Source: Octopus sinensis
Lineage: Eukaryota
DNA: 64,000 bases
Direction of reading: 5' to 3'
Assembly: GCF_006345805.1 (NCBI RefSeq)
Contig: NC_043001.1
Location: 65,906,001-65,970,000, forward strand
Both the position numbers and the translations under genes were made by a program. The notes below the pieces were generated by a model. It did not search any database. It was not told the origin of the DNA and was given only the letters and a program-made list of their open reading frames with translations. Positions 1 through 13,357 of this stretch are shown here, piece by piece. Position 1 is the stretch's first letter. Every line of letters begins with the position of its first letter.

Positions 1-631
1 AGGTCTTACTGACGAGTTTCATTTCTTCACTTCCCTGGAGAGAAGATTACGTTGTTTTACGCCATTTTATTCCTTTGGAATAATACTAGTGATATCTTCG
101 AAACATGTGTCGAAAGTAAAAGAATTTGAATAACACGTGGATTTAACTCCATTTATTTATTTATATGCATATTATACAAAATATTTAACGTAAACCTGGA
201 GTGTCTACCTTTAAAAACAAGGAGTTACACCCCCTTTACTTGTTTGATTTTTTGCTATCCTGGTAACTATTTATCTATTTTTTCGTGTTAATTGTTAACA
301 AGGGAAAAATGCACACACACACACACATATATATTATATATATATTTAGATGTGTGTGTGAATGCGCACGCGCGTGTATGTGCGTGCACGCGTGTGTGTG
401 TTAGAATAGAGTAGTTTGGGTGAAGCATTGTGTGATATTAAATTACATAATCTTGATAAGACTAAAACTGCGAAATGAAATAGAAAGTGAATAACAAAAA
501 TGAAGACGAACAATAGTTGAAGTTTTACCTCGTATTTCAAGTACAAGGTAAATTCAACTACTGTTCTGTCTCTGCATTAGTAGTTCACTTTGTATTTCAC
601 ACACGCATAAACACACACAAACACGCACACA

Positions 632-678
<47 letters not shown>

Positions 679-2259
679 TATATATATGCATATATACATA
701 CACATACGTACACACCTACATATATATGTATATATACATGCATATATGGGTACAGAACGTAAAAAGACTGAACAAAATGAAAAACGAGAACACAAAAAAC
801 ACAAACATGGAAAACGAACTTTTTTCGAACAACGAAAGAAACAAATAGTGAAACGAGACAGGCAACATAAAAAACAATCCCGTCATGAGTTGCCCCCTGT
901 TTTATCTACTCCGCGTTTCGAACGTTGGGATAATATGCGACTTTGCCAAAACAGTCGTTCTCGCAAAGCAAATTAAATGAAATTTGAGATTTTGCTGAGG
1001 GTTAAAATGGTAACAAAAACAGGACAGTAAGAACAAAACAGTAAAAAAAACGGTAAGGGCTGTTAAGCCATAACGATGTAATGTGGCGAACGCTGGAGAA
1101 AGGACTATTATAGGAGACAGGCAAAAGTAGGTCTTGTCTCTTGTAAAGCAAGAGGAACAAAGAACGATAATCGCTGGTCACGTGTGAGCACTGAGAGAGT
1201 CACGGAGGAAGAGGGAGGGAAAAAGAGGGAGAGAAAGAGAACAGTGAAGGGGAGGAGAAGAAAAACAAAAAGAAAGAATAATAATAGCGGAATAAAGGGA
1301 GAATAGAGATAGTTGTAGAATGCGCATTAGAATTATTAAGATATAACTTACTTGAAAATGGATGTGTGAAACTTTAATTAGTTCCTCTTAAAGATGACTT
1401 CTCTCATTCTCACAGGACAGCCTTTACCTAAAACAATAAACCCATTTGTCTTTAGAGAAATATAAACTATTAAAACTATATATCGAAATGATTTTCTGCT
1501 AGTGTACACGATCTGAATTTTATTATGTCCTTCAATTTTATTATTTAACTTTGTTTTTATGTATCCGTGTTCGGATCAGGTGTCAATCGCTTTATCATAA
1601 TATTTGCGAATATTTACTGAAAACAATCATGGACTAATCTCCCTGCGGAAATATATCTTCAGTATTAAAATCCACACATATCTAAGGATTCATAATTAAA
1701 TTGGTTTGCCAATTTTATCTTAGAGATCTTTTATTCTACTCAAAATGAAAGAGTTCTAACTTGTAGTAATACAGAAGCTTGACAAATGAATAATACCATC
1801 TTTAACATTCACACGAATATGTCAAATGCCTTTGATTTTAGGACTATTTCAACTACTTTTCTTTTTGATGATTATTATACTTTTCATAAAATAATCGACA
1901 TGTCTCCATAAATCTCAATAAAACTAATATTTCTGGGAATAGTTTAGTCTGTCTCGTCACAGCAGTAGGCAGTCCATGCTGAATAAATCTTAGCAAGTGT
2001 CGTAATGTTAGATTGTGTGTTGAAAGTGAAATATTTGTATCGATAGTGATGCACCAGTGATTATGGGAAGCGTTTCAGTATGTTATAGATATACGAGAAG
2101 ATGCACATAGTACATTGCACATTGCACATTGCGCAAGATAAAACAACAGTGAAAATAACGAGATCTGTTTGTATTATAAATGCCTAAATGACTCTAACAC
2201 GATGCAATGAAATTATAAGTTGTTCATTACTTTACATGAAGTTACGATTTCTTATCCAG

Positions 2260-2690
2260 TTAGTTAGTTAGTTAGTTAATTAGTTAGTTAATTTTTTTGG
2301 CTCAAAAAGCAAAAAGCAAGGCCATGTAGGGGGACATGGAGTTATGTACAGGGTGGTGTTCATGTAAAGAGTTCAGGCCACTTGAGATCAAGGGAGACTT
2401 TGAACAAAGCGGTCGTCGGCATCTTCACCATCTCGTCTGGCAGCTTGTTCCACGGATCCGCAACCCGGACGGAGAAAGCTCCTCTCCTTCGATTGAGATG
2501 AAATCGTCGCAGATAGAGCTTTTCGGAATGACCCCCGCAGCCGACGCTCTGGAGCAGGAGTGAAGAACAGCTCTTTCGAGAGGTTACACTTTCCGCTTAT
2601 GATGTTGTGAGCGAGAATGAGATCACCACGGCGGTGGCGTTTTTCTAGAGAATAAAGTTGTCAGTACCTGAACCTCAAACGGAAAATTAT
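2260..2690 (-). mobile_element. CR1-clade LINE 3' fragment (RT C-terminus) with (TAAC)n tail
   Basis: Minus-strand translation LYSLEKRHRRGDLILAHNII...RGHSEKL...RRGAFSVRVADPWNKLP matches the CR1 ORF2 C-terminal pattern (LERRRLRGDLI...TRGH..KL...FS.RV...WN.LP). Followed by a tetranucleotide tail at ~2260-2290. Confidence 0.8.
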
Positions 2691-3630
2691 TTGCGGCCAT
2701 GTTTATTGAGCGAAGTTCCCAAAGTTCATTCAGTGTATCTGTTATACAGACGTACTTCTCTAACTTATGGAATCAAAACCATATTCTTAAACCAGAGACT
2801 TTTGACATTTTGTTCAGTCAGTAATTAGAGGAAACATTTCTACAACATGAAGATTTTCAAAAGCAATGCCTGCTGCTAATTCCTTCCCAAGTGATTACGT
2901 AATTAATACCACCTGACAACAAAAACATGTTACATGTATACATAAACAGACAAAGGATTGAATTCCCTTTTACAACATATTTTGCTGACACTGAGTCTCA
3001 AAACGCTCTTGACAGACCTCATTATATGCTCTGTCTGTTTTTCTTTCGCCATCTCTCACTATATCTATCTCTCACTTTCTCTCCACCAATCTCCCTGTCT
3101 GTTTATTTACTTATTTATCTATCTACTGATTTACCTATATATATCTACCTGTCCTTTCTTCTATCCGCCAATCTGCACCTCTTTCTCTCTATGTATATAT
3201 AGATAATATGGTATATATGTGTGTGCGTGTGTGAGTGTTTGTGTGTATACGTATATATACTTACCTATTTATCTATCTACTTATTTACCTGTATATATAT
3301 ATACATATATATATATATCCTTCAAACATACGTGAACTGCTACAAAGATACATCTCTTACAAAGGTGTTTTTCTCAAACATTCTCAACATTCTGAGACTC
3401 TTACTTTTAACACCCAAATAACGGAGAACAGCAAAATTTCAGGCGAGCAGCTTGTAATTTATTTCTTTTGTGGAGATAACCGCATGTCTTACATCAGCTA
3501 TGATAAAGGCATAATACATACATAAATACATACATTCATATATATGCATACATATATACATACATGCATACATCATGGATACATGCATGCATGCATATAT
3601 ACATACATACACACGCACATATAATCACGC

Positions 3631-3691
<61 letters not shown>

Positions 3692-4340
3692 CACATACAC
3701 ACAGACAGAGTGCAATGGGTAAATTGTCGCCATTTTATATTTTTGATTTCGCGCATGCACTTTGTTTGTTTTAGATCTTGTCGACTACTCAGTATAGTAG
3801 AGTCAGTTGGGTGCCGTCTGTGAGAAAAACCGCACCATGACGCAATTCACTCTGCCAGAAATTTGGAAACGACATGCTGTACTATGCGTACTGACAAGTA
3901 ATGTTTGTCGCAATATATTGGATGCAGGTTGCATCGTTAACCAGCTAGAGGAAATGTCTTTTGGCGGGGAAAAATCGCTGTAACGTTCTTTCGAACACAA
4001 CAGCCATACTGAAGTGGCGACAAACATTACTTGCCAGTACATTTACAGCGTTCATCTCTAACAGATTTTATAACTAGCTTCTTTGCTCGTTGCATGATCA
4101 GCGATTGAATGTCGCTTGAATTTATATATATGTTGCGAATAGAAGTGAGCTACTCCCATCTCTAGCAGACCAGGTGTAAAGCACTGAAGAAGGGCAGAAA
4201 TAGTTTGAAGATGAGAATGAAGAGAAAGCCAGGAAATGTGAGAGAGGGTGAACGAAAGAAAGAAGAGTGAAAAGAATGAAGTAAATGTGAAGGGGCTGAT
4301 TGAAAGAAAGAATGAAAGAATAAGAGAGTCGTACAAAATT

Positions 4341-4407
<67 letters not shown>

Positions 4408-4422
4408 TTATTTTATAGAAGG

Positions 4423-4473
4423 AGCTTCTACAGGACTAGAACTGTTTCATTCAAATGAAATCTTCAGGAAGCT
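4423..4473 (-). ncRNA. Type I hammerhead ribozyme candidate (left arm)
   Basis: Reverse complement of the 6115-6165 motif; appears identical. Confidence 0.7.
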
Positions 4474-4686
4474 TGCTGTCAAAATCAGTTTTGGCATTTA
4501 TACATTTAGGCAGATTTAATGGGGTGGTGGTGGGGGACTTTTTTGGGTAAGCAGGACACAAATTATCTTTCTTAGGGGAGTGGTCAAAAGAATCAGTGAT
4601 AAAGTAGATAAATGAATAAATAGAATAATAGAATAGAGTTTTAGGTAAATAAGAAGACTATCGCTTATATATATATATACGCACAT

Positions 4687-4746
<60 letters not shown>

Positions 4747-4917
4747 TTATATATACACATATACACATACTCATACATACACACACACATATATACATAC
4801 ACACATATACATATATATACAAATACACATACACATACATGCCAACGTGCAAGCACACGCACACATATCTCTACATATATATATATATATATAAAAAATA
4901 TATATATACACACCCAT

Positions 4918-4966
<49 letters not shown>

Positions 4967-4969
4967 TAC

Positions 4970-5015
<46 letters not shown>

Positions 5016-5617
5016 ATACATGCACATATATACACACACATTTCCTCCCTTATTTTATTTTGGACTTGTAGATTTCTGTATATATATATATGTATGTGTA
5101 TGTGTGTAGATATGTATTTGTATGTATGTGGTTTTGTGTGTATATAGTTATGTATACGTTTATGTATAAGTGGGTACATTTATGTATGTATGAATATGTG
5201 TACTTGTGTGTGTATATGTATGTGTATACATATATACATATATATGTATATATATATATATATATATGTGCTTGTGTAGAGAGAGATACATACATAAGTA
5301 TGAGTGGATGAGAAGGAAATGAGCGAGAGAACATGTGTATGAGTGTGCGTGTGAGTGTGTGTGTGTGTGAGTGTTTGCGTTTGTATCCGTAGGAAAAGAG
5401 ATAGAAAGGAAGGGAGAGGGGCGGTAAATAGATTTCATTTAGGCCTGCTGGCACCCTGGGGAGGGTCTACTCCAGCGCCACTAAATGTGTGTCGGCGGGT
5501 AGGTAGGTCATATGTTACACCCTTTAGACTCTGAAGAGGTCAAAATAAAAATAAAAATAAAAATAAAATAAGGGAGGAAATGTGTGTGTATATATGTGCA
5601 TGTATATATATATAGAG

Positions 5618-5668
<51 letters not shown>

Positions 5669-5830
5669 ATAATATATATATATGTGTGTGTGTATGGGTG
5701 TGTATATATATATATTTTTTTATATATATGTGTAGAGATATGTGTGCGTGTGCTTGCATGTTGGCATGTATGTGTATGTGTATTTGTATATATATGTATA
5801 TGTGTGTATGTATGAGTATGTGTATATGTG

Positions 5831-5911
<81 letters not shown>

Positions 5912-6114
5912 ATATATATATAAGCGATAGTCTTCTTATTTACCTAAAACTCTATTCTATTATTCTATTTATTCATTTATCTACCTTATCACTGATTCTT
6001 TTGACCACTCCCCTAAGAAAGATAATTTGTGTCCTGCTTACCCAAAAAAGTCCCCCACCACCACCCCATTAAATCTGCCTAAATGTATAAATGCCAAAAC
6101 TGATTTTGACAGCA

Positions 6115-6165
6115 AGCTTCCTGAAGATTTCATTTGAATGAAACAGTTCTAGTCCTGTAGAAGCT
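6115..6165 (+). ncRNA. Type I hammerhead ribozyme candidate
   Basis: agcttc-CTGAAGA-t-ttc(attt)gaa-t-GAAA-cag(ttctagtc)ctg-TA-gaagct. Canonical core, 6-bp stem I, ACAG/CTGT stem III, GUA cleavage triplet at 6157-6159. Stem II is closed by a U-U mismatch. Confidence 0.72.
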
Positions 6166-6247
6166 CCTTCTATAAAATAAATTAATTTACTCTGCTATGT
6201 ATTGAGTACCTTATTAACTGTGGTTAACCCCGACTCAAGCCGGGATC

Positions 6248-6299
<52 letters not shown>

Positions 6300-6499
6300 A
6301 ACACGCAACAACCACCACAACCGCAACCAAACACACACAGTTGATGAGACCATGGAAGCCATTGCATCCAGACAATGTAGACCCCACACACATTCATTTA
6401 ACAATAGGTCAAATACTAAAACAAATAAAACAACTAACACTAACAGGCCTCGCTTATAACACACCCTACACAAAAAGTTAGATAACACTCATTTATCTA

Positions 6500-6760
6500 A
6501 CAATTTAGACCCCCTAAAAAAAGTGGCGGTCGCTCTATTTTATGGTACACACCACCATTCTCACTTGACGTTAATAACCTAGCTATATCCTTCTTTAGGA
6601 TACTAGACTCTAACTTCCCTCGACAACATAAATATCATTCTATCTTTAATCGATCCACCCTGAAGCTATCTTATTCTAACTCACCTAACTTTTAATCTAT
6701 TGTAGTAGCCTCGAATAAACAAAAGCTCTCTCTTTACTATCAAAACTCACATAACTACAA
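6500..6760 (+). pseudogene. Penelope-like element ORF fragment (post-RT region)
   Basis: Frameshifted translation ...WYTPPFSLDVNNLAISFFRILDSNFPRQHKYHSIFNRSTLKLSYSNSPN resembles the PLE motif WFNPPFS..V...FL.L.DKHFP..H..HKIFNR.T.K.SYSC..N. Confidence 0.6.
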
Positions 6761-7102
6761 CTCTACTAATAGAAATAATCAACACACATACATATCTACC
6801 ATAGATACCATTACACTTGGTCAAACAGGAGCAACAAAACAACTCTCCCCATTCTCTCTCTCTCTCTTCTCCTTCCCCTCCTTAATTCTTTTGTTCCTCC
6901 TTTTTCCTCTCTCTTCTCTTTTCACGTGACTGAGAGGCCAGACTGCTAGCCCTCCTTTTGCATCTGACCGTGGTCACTGCTACATCGATATTCTTCCCTG
7001 TGTTCGTGAAAGCTTTATATCCATGCCGTAAGGCTTCATTTCCATACACGCTAGCTGAATTCAATTCGTCCCCAGTCGAAAGACACCTGTTGTTATGTCC
7101 TG

Positions 7103-7181
<79 letters not shown>

Positions 7182-7189
7182 ATTTTTGT

Positions 7190-7475
7190 ATTTATACTCG
7201 TGTAACATCGTCTGTGTTTCCGTCCTTGTTTCCGTATACATTCGATGATTTTTTCCAAGGAATGTAATGCTCTTAGCTTAGTTTTTCCTTGAGGCTGGCC
7301 AGATTATAGCAATCTCAGGATTAATCAGCCGAAATTGCGAGGATGATCCGGTTCTTGACTGAGGATAAAAGGCTTCGAATGACTCGTCCTTGTTTTTCTG
7401 TATCGTCTATCTGGATGTTTTGTTGTCCCTTTTTGTATCACCTAGTTGTCCAGATGTTTTGTGTTCTTGTCCCAT

Positions 7476-7480
<5 letters not shown>
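7190..7480 (+). repeat. Dispersed repeat ending in (TA)n; related copies at ~44340-44545 (-) and ~45660-45920 (-)
   Basis: Shared block ccaaggaat.taatgctcttagcttagtttttcctt...ggccag...gccgaaattgc...gactgaggata occurs in three places. Confidence 0.75.
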
Positions 7481-7515
<35 letters not shown>

Positions 7516-7991
7516 GTGTGTGTGTGTGTGTGTGTGTACAGTATATATTTTTGTTTACCCTTTTCGGTCATGAATGACCATGGGATTGCACCTAGAAAGT
7601 TACCCTCCGAGGTACAAGGTTGTTTATGGAAAACCAGCGGTCGCGCGTGCATACCAGCCTCCCCTCTCTACGTCACCGATGTTATCCAAGGGAAAGGCAA
7701 AGGCCGATACAGCCTGGCACCACTGACGTCGCAGCTCCTTTATTAACGTGCAAGTGGCTGAGCACTCCACAGACATGTGTACCCATAACGTAGTTCTCGG
7801 GGAGATTCAGCGTGACACAGAGTGTGACAAGGCTGGCCCTTTGAAATACAGGTACAATAGAAACAAGAAGAAAGAGTGAGAGAAAGTTGTGGTGAAAGAG
7901 TACAGCAGGGTCGCTCAATAAACACTCACAATGTCCGGTCTGGGAATCGAAACCGCGATCCTACGAGTCCGCCAATGCGCCTCCACTAGAA

Positions 7992-8032
<41 letters not shown>

Positions 8033-8123
8033 CATACACATAACATAAATAGGAAAAATATATTTAATCCCTAATCGTTAGTCCGGCAAAATATATATTG
8101 TTTCGTCGATGGCTCGTCGGTTG

Positions 8124-8166
<43 letters not shown>

Positions 8167-10077
8167 TGTGTGTGTGTGCGCGCGCGCGCGCGATTTACGT
8201 GAATCAGTTTGTTGACACAATCTTTCAAAATCACTTTTATTACACATATTTACAGTTATCTTATGGAAGTGATTCTCTGCTATATTTTTGAAAGCTTTCT
8301 TCGGGAACCTTAATACTCTGATGAACTTATATTTGACACCAATCACAAAACTAAGATTTCTCAAACATTTTAATTTCTGTTGATATACATTTGCGAAATG
8401 TAACGTTAAATACTTAGATGTTAATTGCTATTTTCTAACTCCGTCTCTTGTTACTGCTTGACATTAGAACGGTGACATTAGAACGGAGGTGTTAGTCGTT
8501 TGACTGGCTCACTTAGAAAACGCTTTTGAATTTATCGTTTACACAAATTCGAATTCTTTTCCAAATACTGCTGCACCTTTTTCACCTGTTGACTTTTAAA
8601 ACTATTTATATTTTTTACATCATAACTTTAAAGTCTCCATTTGCTCTAAACGTCTTAAAGTTAGCAGTATTTTGAGTGATAATCCACATTCACCCAACTA
8701 TTACTCGTGACAAATAACTTGTTATCGTTAAAATGTTCACTCACAGAATATTGATGCTAAATCCCAGATTCCCAAACAAGTTTAAGCATTGATAAAATTT
8801 TCAGTACTTTTGCTTAAGTAAACTGTTCTATTAAAGAAATGAGTGACTGGTGAAACTATCCTATTACGTTCCCCCCGGTTTCAAACTATACACCGTTCAC
8901 CTACAAAACTTGTAACTATTTCTTAATCTCTGTTCAAACAGTCGGCCTTAATTTCGTTAATCATATAAGAGGCCACTAAGGATCTACATTATTTAGCTAT
9001 TAATGTTTCTCTTAGCAATCCATTTGTTGTCTAACAATGACTTTCAACTTAACAGCACGGTGAAAAATGTAATAAACACAACTTTGAAATGTGTTTATAA
9101 CCTTCATTGCTGAAATTTTGTGTTTAGAAGTTTGTAACTTCCCAGTTTATACATATCTCAATATACAAGTTGTTAGAAATAGATCAAATTAGGTCACTAA
9201 GTAGTTACGCTCGTCCCTGTAATTACATAACTCGGTTGAAGATGAAAGGGAAATAATACAATTATACTTCTAAAACGGATATATATTAAATTTACGTGAG
9301 TGAAATAATAACTTTTAAACATGAAAAATGGACATTATAACACACATACACACACACACGCTCGCACGCACACACACACACACACACACACAAATAATAG
9401 TAATAATAAATAAAATCATCCCTTCTTAATCATGTGAGCTTGTACAAAGTTGATACTTTTTCACTCCTATGAATGCTCCTTCAGCTTACCAAAAAGAAAA
9501 AATATCTTCCACTAATTTCAATATTTTCCTACACACTCTTTTTGTTAAGAATTCTTATAGTAGTCATTTCTTTATTGGTCAAAGAATGGAGTCTTTTGAT
9601 AGTTAAATGGGTCAATACCAAGGTATCCAAGATTGCCAGCTGTCCTTATGAAAACCACTTCTTCGTTTGGATACGATGCAATTTTACAGCATATTCTCAG
9701 AAAAGATCAATTATTCATGTACGAGTTAACAACTGGAAAGAGAATTATCCTTAAGCACAAGAAAACGACTGCAGTGGGAAATGAACTGATATCTTCTTTA
9801 ACAAATCAACAACCATAGATTTATTTCAAATTTTGAAGTCTTCAAGCATCGTGCAAAATGGTGGTGGTGTTTGTTATTCTATACCAGGAGCCTTCATTAA
9901 TATATAAATATTAATAAATTAAAAGCAAGTAAAAACAAATCTGTTGCTATAAAACTGTGATAGAGTTTGTAGGTTTTGAGCGGTAGGCACACAATTTTCC
10001 TGAGACTTGATCTCAGTTGCTGAGAGAAAATTTTGTTGAAGGCGAGAAGCCTTCACAGTTTCACCAATCCTTTAATA

Positions 10078-11358
10078 TCAGGCCATCCTATAAGTTCTTT
10101 TCGAATTTTGAATAAAGAAAACAAGTGATCAAATGTTATATTTAATTGAAATTTAATCCCCAATGTACTTTCCCTGATTATCTATGACCTCATTCCATCT
10201 ATTTACAAGCGTTTTCATCCCATCAATGTAAAACTCTTTTGGTTTCAAAGTGAAGAACTCTGAAATGTCAGTTTCGACCTCCTCCTGGCTTGCGAAAGCT
10301 ATGTCCCCCAAATCATTCTGTAAACTACGAAACAAATGGTAGTTTGAAGGAGTAAGGTCGGGAGAATAAGGTGGATGAGGAATTTTTTCCCAACCAAGCT
10401 CCTCGATTTTCTGTGATGTGACCTTTGCAGTGTGTGGTCGCGCATTGTCCTGATGAAACATCACTCCTTTTCGATTCACTAAAGCAGGTCTTTTTTTCTT
10501 CAAAGCTTGGTTCAAACGCTCTAATTGCCGACAGTAGACTTGAGCATTGATTGTTGCATTAGGTGGTAACAATTCAAAGCGAATTACTTCTTTGCAATCC
10601 CACCACATAGAGAGAAGAACCTTTTTCCCATGAAGTTCCCTTCTCGGTTGTGGTTGAGCTTTTCCCCTTTTACCAAGCCACTGTTTACGACGTTTAACAT
10701 TTCTATAGAAGATCCATTTTTCGTCACCAGTCACAAGTCTATCCAAAAAGGGAGAAATGTGTTCGCGAGAATGGAGAGAAGAGCAGATGTCAACTCGGGA
10801 TTAGCGGTTGCTTTTGGACAATTCATAAGGTACCCATTTTCCAAGTTTAGGAACCTTTTCAAGTTGTTGAAGATGACAACGAATAGTTGTATGGTTTGAA
10901 CTAAGCTTTATTGCCAATTCTTCAGCTGATAATGCAGGATTTTTTTCAAGTAATGCTTCAAGGAGCTTATCATCAAATCAGCTGGACGTCCTGTTCGATC
11001 TTCATCTTCAAGGCTGAAATCTCCACTTCTGAATTTTGCAAGCCATCTTCTGCAGTTCTTTCATTCAAGCATTCTTTCCCATAAATTGTATGTTTTGAGT
11101 CGCTTCGGTCAGAGTTTCCTTTTTAATATACATTAAGCATTTTGTACCTCAAATGCTCTTTGGATACTTCCATGTTAGAAAGGGTTTTAATCAAAGAAAT
11201 TTTAATTATATTATTCTGTAAAATAATATTTAATTAGTTTTAAATTACACAAATGCATAAACACAATTATTTATTTCCATTAGACATTCTAAAATACTAT
11301 TAAATTTCATTCAAATTTAAAAAGGGTAAAATCGGACAGAACTTATGGGATGACCTGA
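10078..11358 (-). mobile_element. Full-length mariner (DD34D type) transposon, 1281 bp, inactive
   Basis: TIRs tcaggccatcctataagttc (10078-) and gaacttatgggatgacctga (-11358); TA on both flanks (10076-10077, 11359-11360); length typical of mariners. Confidence 0.93.
10153..11173 (-). pseudogene. Mariner transposase, frameshifted
   Basis: ORF 10153-10746 has TGDEKW, HQDNARPH and HPPYSPDLTPSNYHLF (third catalytic D at +35 replaced by N). Upstream frames give MEVSKEH...CRRWLAKFRSGDFSLEDEDRTGRP. Confidence 0.92.
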
Positions 11359-12704
11359 TACTTATTCTATCAATAGATTTTAAAAACCACTTGCTTCTAA
11401 TTGTGTTTTAAACAATGAGCAAATAATAGCCTTTGCCAAAACTATTAATGAGATTCCAGCCTTCATCACTTTTGCTTTAAAATTAAATCATGTGATGTGA
11501 AGAACAAAACAGGTTGTGTATTCAAAGTAAACAATGTTCGAACGATTTTTTGGCCTTTCAATAGAATATTCCAATAACAAAGCACAAGTTGTAACAATTA
11601 CTGATGCAAAAAAAAAATCACGTGCGAGATGTAGTAGTTGTAAAATATTTAAAGTTGATGGTTGTTCTCTAAAAATAGTACACTTATCTATTAGGTAGCT
11701 AGTGACATGAATATTTGGCTAGTTATAAATGTGTATCAATAAAATAACAATTTAGTTTCACTTGAGGTTTTGTTCAACAACAATAAATCCGTCACAAAAT
11801 TTGATGGATTACACATAAACTTTACGTCATCAACTGTAAATATTGCGATAAGAAACGACCATCAACTTTCTAGCTTCGCTTAGATTCCTCACAACATAAT
11901 TATTTTATATCGGTTACATTGGTACCATCAGCTGCCAAGGAGGAAATCCTCACGTAGTCGCTCAGCATATTAGGCATAGCAGACAAATTCCCCTCAGAGC
12001 ACAATTTACCATCTTAATAAAGGAGCATACTGACTAAAGTACTTCTGGTTATATTGTCTGAAAACAGGATAGAATAGTTATGACTGGAAGTTTTGATTTT
12101 ATATCTGTTGGATACTGCACCTGCCTTCTCGTTTTCTCTTTCTATTCTCATCATTCTAGAAGGTTTGATAAAACTAGGCCCCAGCCAGAAATTGCAAGAT
12201 AGATCCATCTGATTCTTTATAAATATCAATACTGAGTCCCTTAACCAGTACAGTGTATGGAATACTATTAAATAATTTGCTGTTTTGTTATGTAATTTAA
12301 GTTAACATGACTTGTACATTCACACACGCACATACACACGTGTATGTATGTATGTTATGTATGCATATGTGTGTGCATGCGTATGTATGTATTTACGCAT
12401 GTATACACACATACACACATCATCACTACATTAAAATGAATTATAAACTGTATTACAATATCATTGAAAACTGCATATTCATCACTATATTTTCATATAC
12501 AGAGATGTGTATAGACAGAAACAAGTGCAAACTATATGTGAGTATGTATCTGTATGCATGTGTGAACAATATTGGCAGACTGATAGTTTATGAAAATGCA
12601 TCACTTGATAGGAATACTCAATAGGAACACTCCATAAATTATAAATTAATTCTAATTTAACTTCACTCTCCAATAATCTGAGCTAAGAATTAAGCAGTGA
12701 GTCA

Positions 12705-12888
12705 TTAGCAAACTGCTTAGCGGCATTTCGTCCTTCCTCACGTTCGGAGTTCAAATTCCACAGCGATCGACTTTGCCTTTCATCCTTTCGGTGTCTATAA
12801 GTTAAGTACCAGTTGAGTACTGAAGTCAATGTAATCGACTAACCCCTCTCTCGAAATTGCTGGTCATGTGCTAAAATCTGAAACCAAT
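12705..12888 (+). mobile_element. tRNA-derived SINE family A (same family as 18803-19033)
   Basis: gagttcaaattcc B-box-like motif plus gactttgcctttcatcctttcgg..taagtaccagt central block. Confidence 0.75.
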
Positions 12889-13357
12889 TTAGGCTGACTC
12901 AACCACCGAAGAGTTTTGATGCTGACGTCGTTGTTCGTAGCCTCAGGTCAGCCTTAATCAAGTTGATCTATGATGAAAGACATTCCAACTGTGACCATCA
13001 AGCCCTTTGTCTCCCAGATATAATGTATTAGTACTACATTATCCAACTTGACCTTTTCTAAAGACGGAATGATATGGACCTGAGAGAAATTTGGTTGTTA
13101 TTTTCAGTGTGTCCAGTTACCATACAGATGTTTCTTCAACGATTCATTGATTTCATTTGAACCGAAAGCCACAACAACTATCACCAGAAGTACTCCAGTC
13201 ATGTTCAACCTGACATTTTAAGAATATATATTTCCCGATTTAAGCGTGGGATATGAAATTTGGTTGTTATTTCTCGTTTTTTATCATATACTGATGCCTT
13301 TGATACCCCAGGATCTCTTTTTGTATTTTTGTCTATCTGTTTGTCTCGCAATCATAG

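Larger units (their letters stand above)
4406..6183. repeat. Inverted duplication: ~650 bp arms (4406-5061 and ~5560-6183) around a ~500 bp spacer
   Basis: The unique segments 4406-4660 and 5920-6183 are near-exact reverse complements. The microsatellite portions also mirror each other, out to aaaataagggaggaaa. Confidence 0.9.

Noticed and set aside
1-125. CTGACGA at 9-15 with GAAA motifs at 100-103 and 112-115
   Set aside because: No consistent stem I/II/III arrangement could be drawn, and the window edge truncates the context.
7350-7390. Conserved CTGAGGA in the 7.2/44.4/45.8 kb repeat family as a hammerhead
   Set aside because: No stem II and no properly placed GAAA in any of the three copies.
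9450-9950. Possible host exon or transposase remnant
   Set aside because: Frames are interrupted by stops and no motif is recognisable; BLASTx would be needed.
10153-10746. Domesticated SETMAR-like transposase because of D34N
   Set aside because: The N-terminal half is frameshifted, the TIRs are intact, and there is no fused domain; ordinary decay is more likely.
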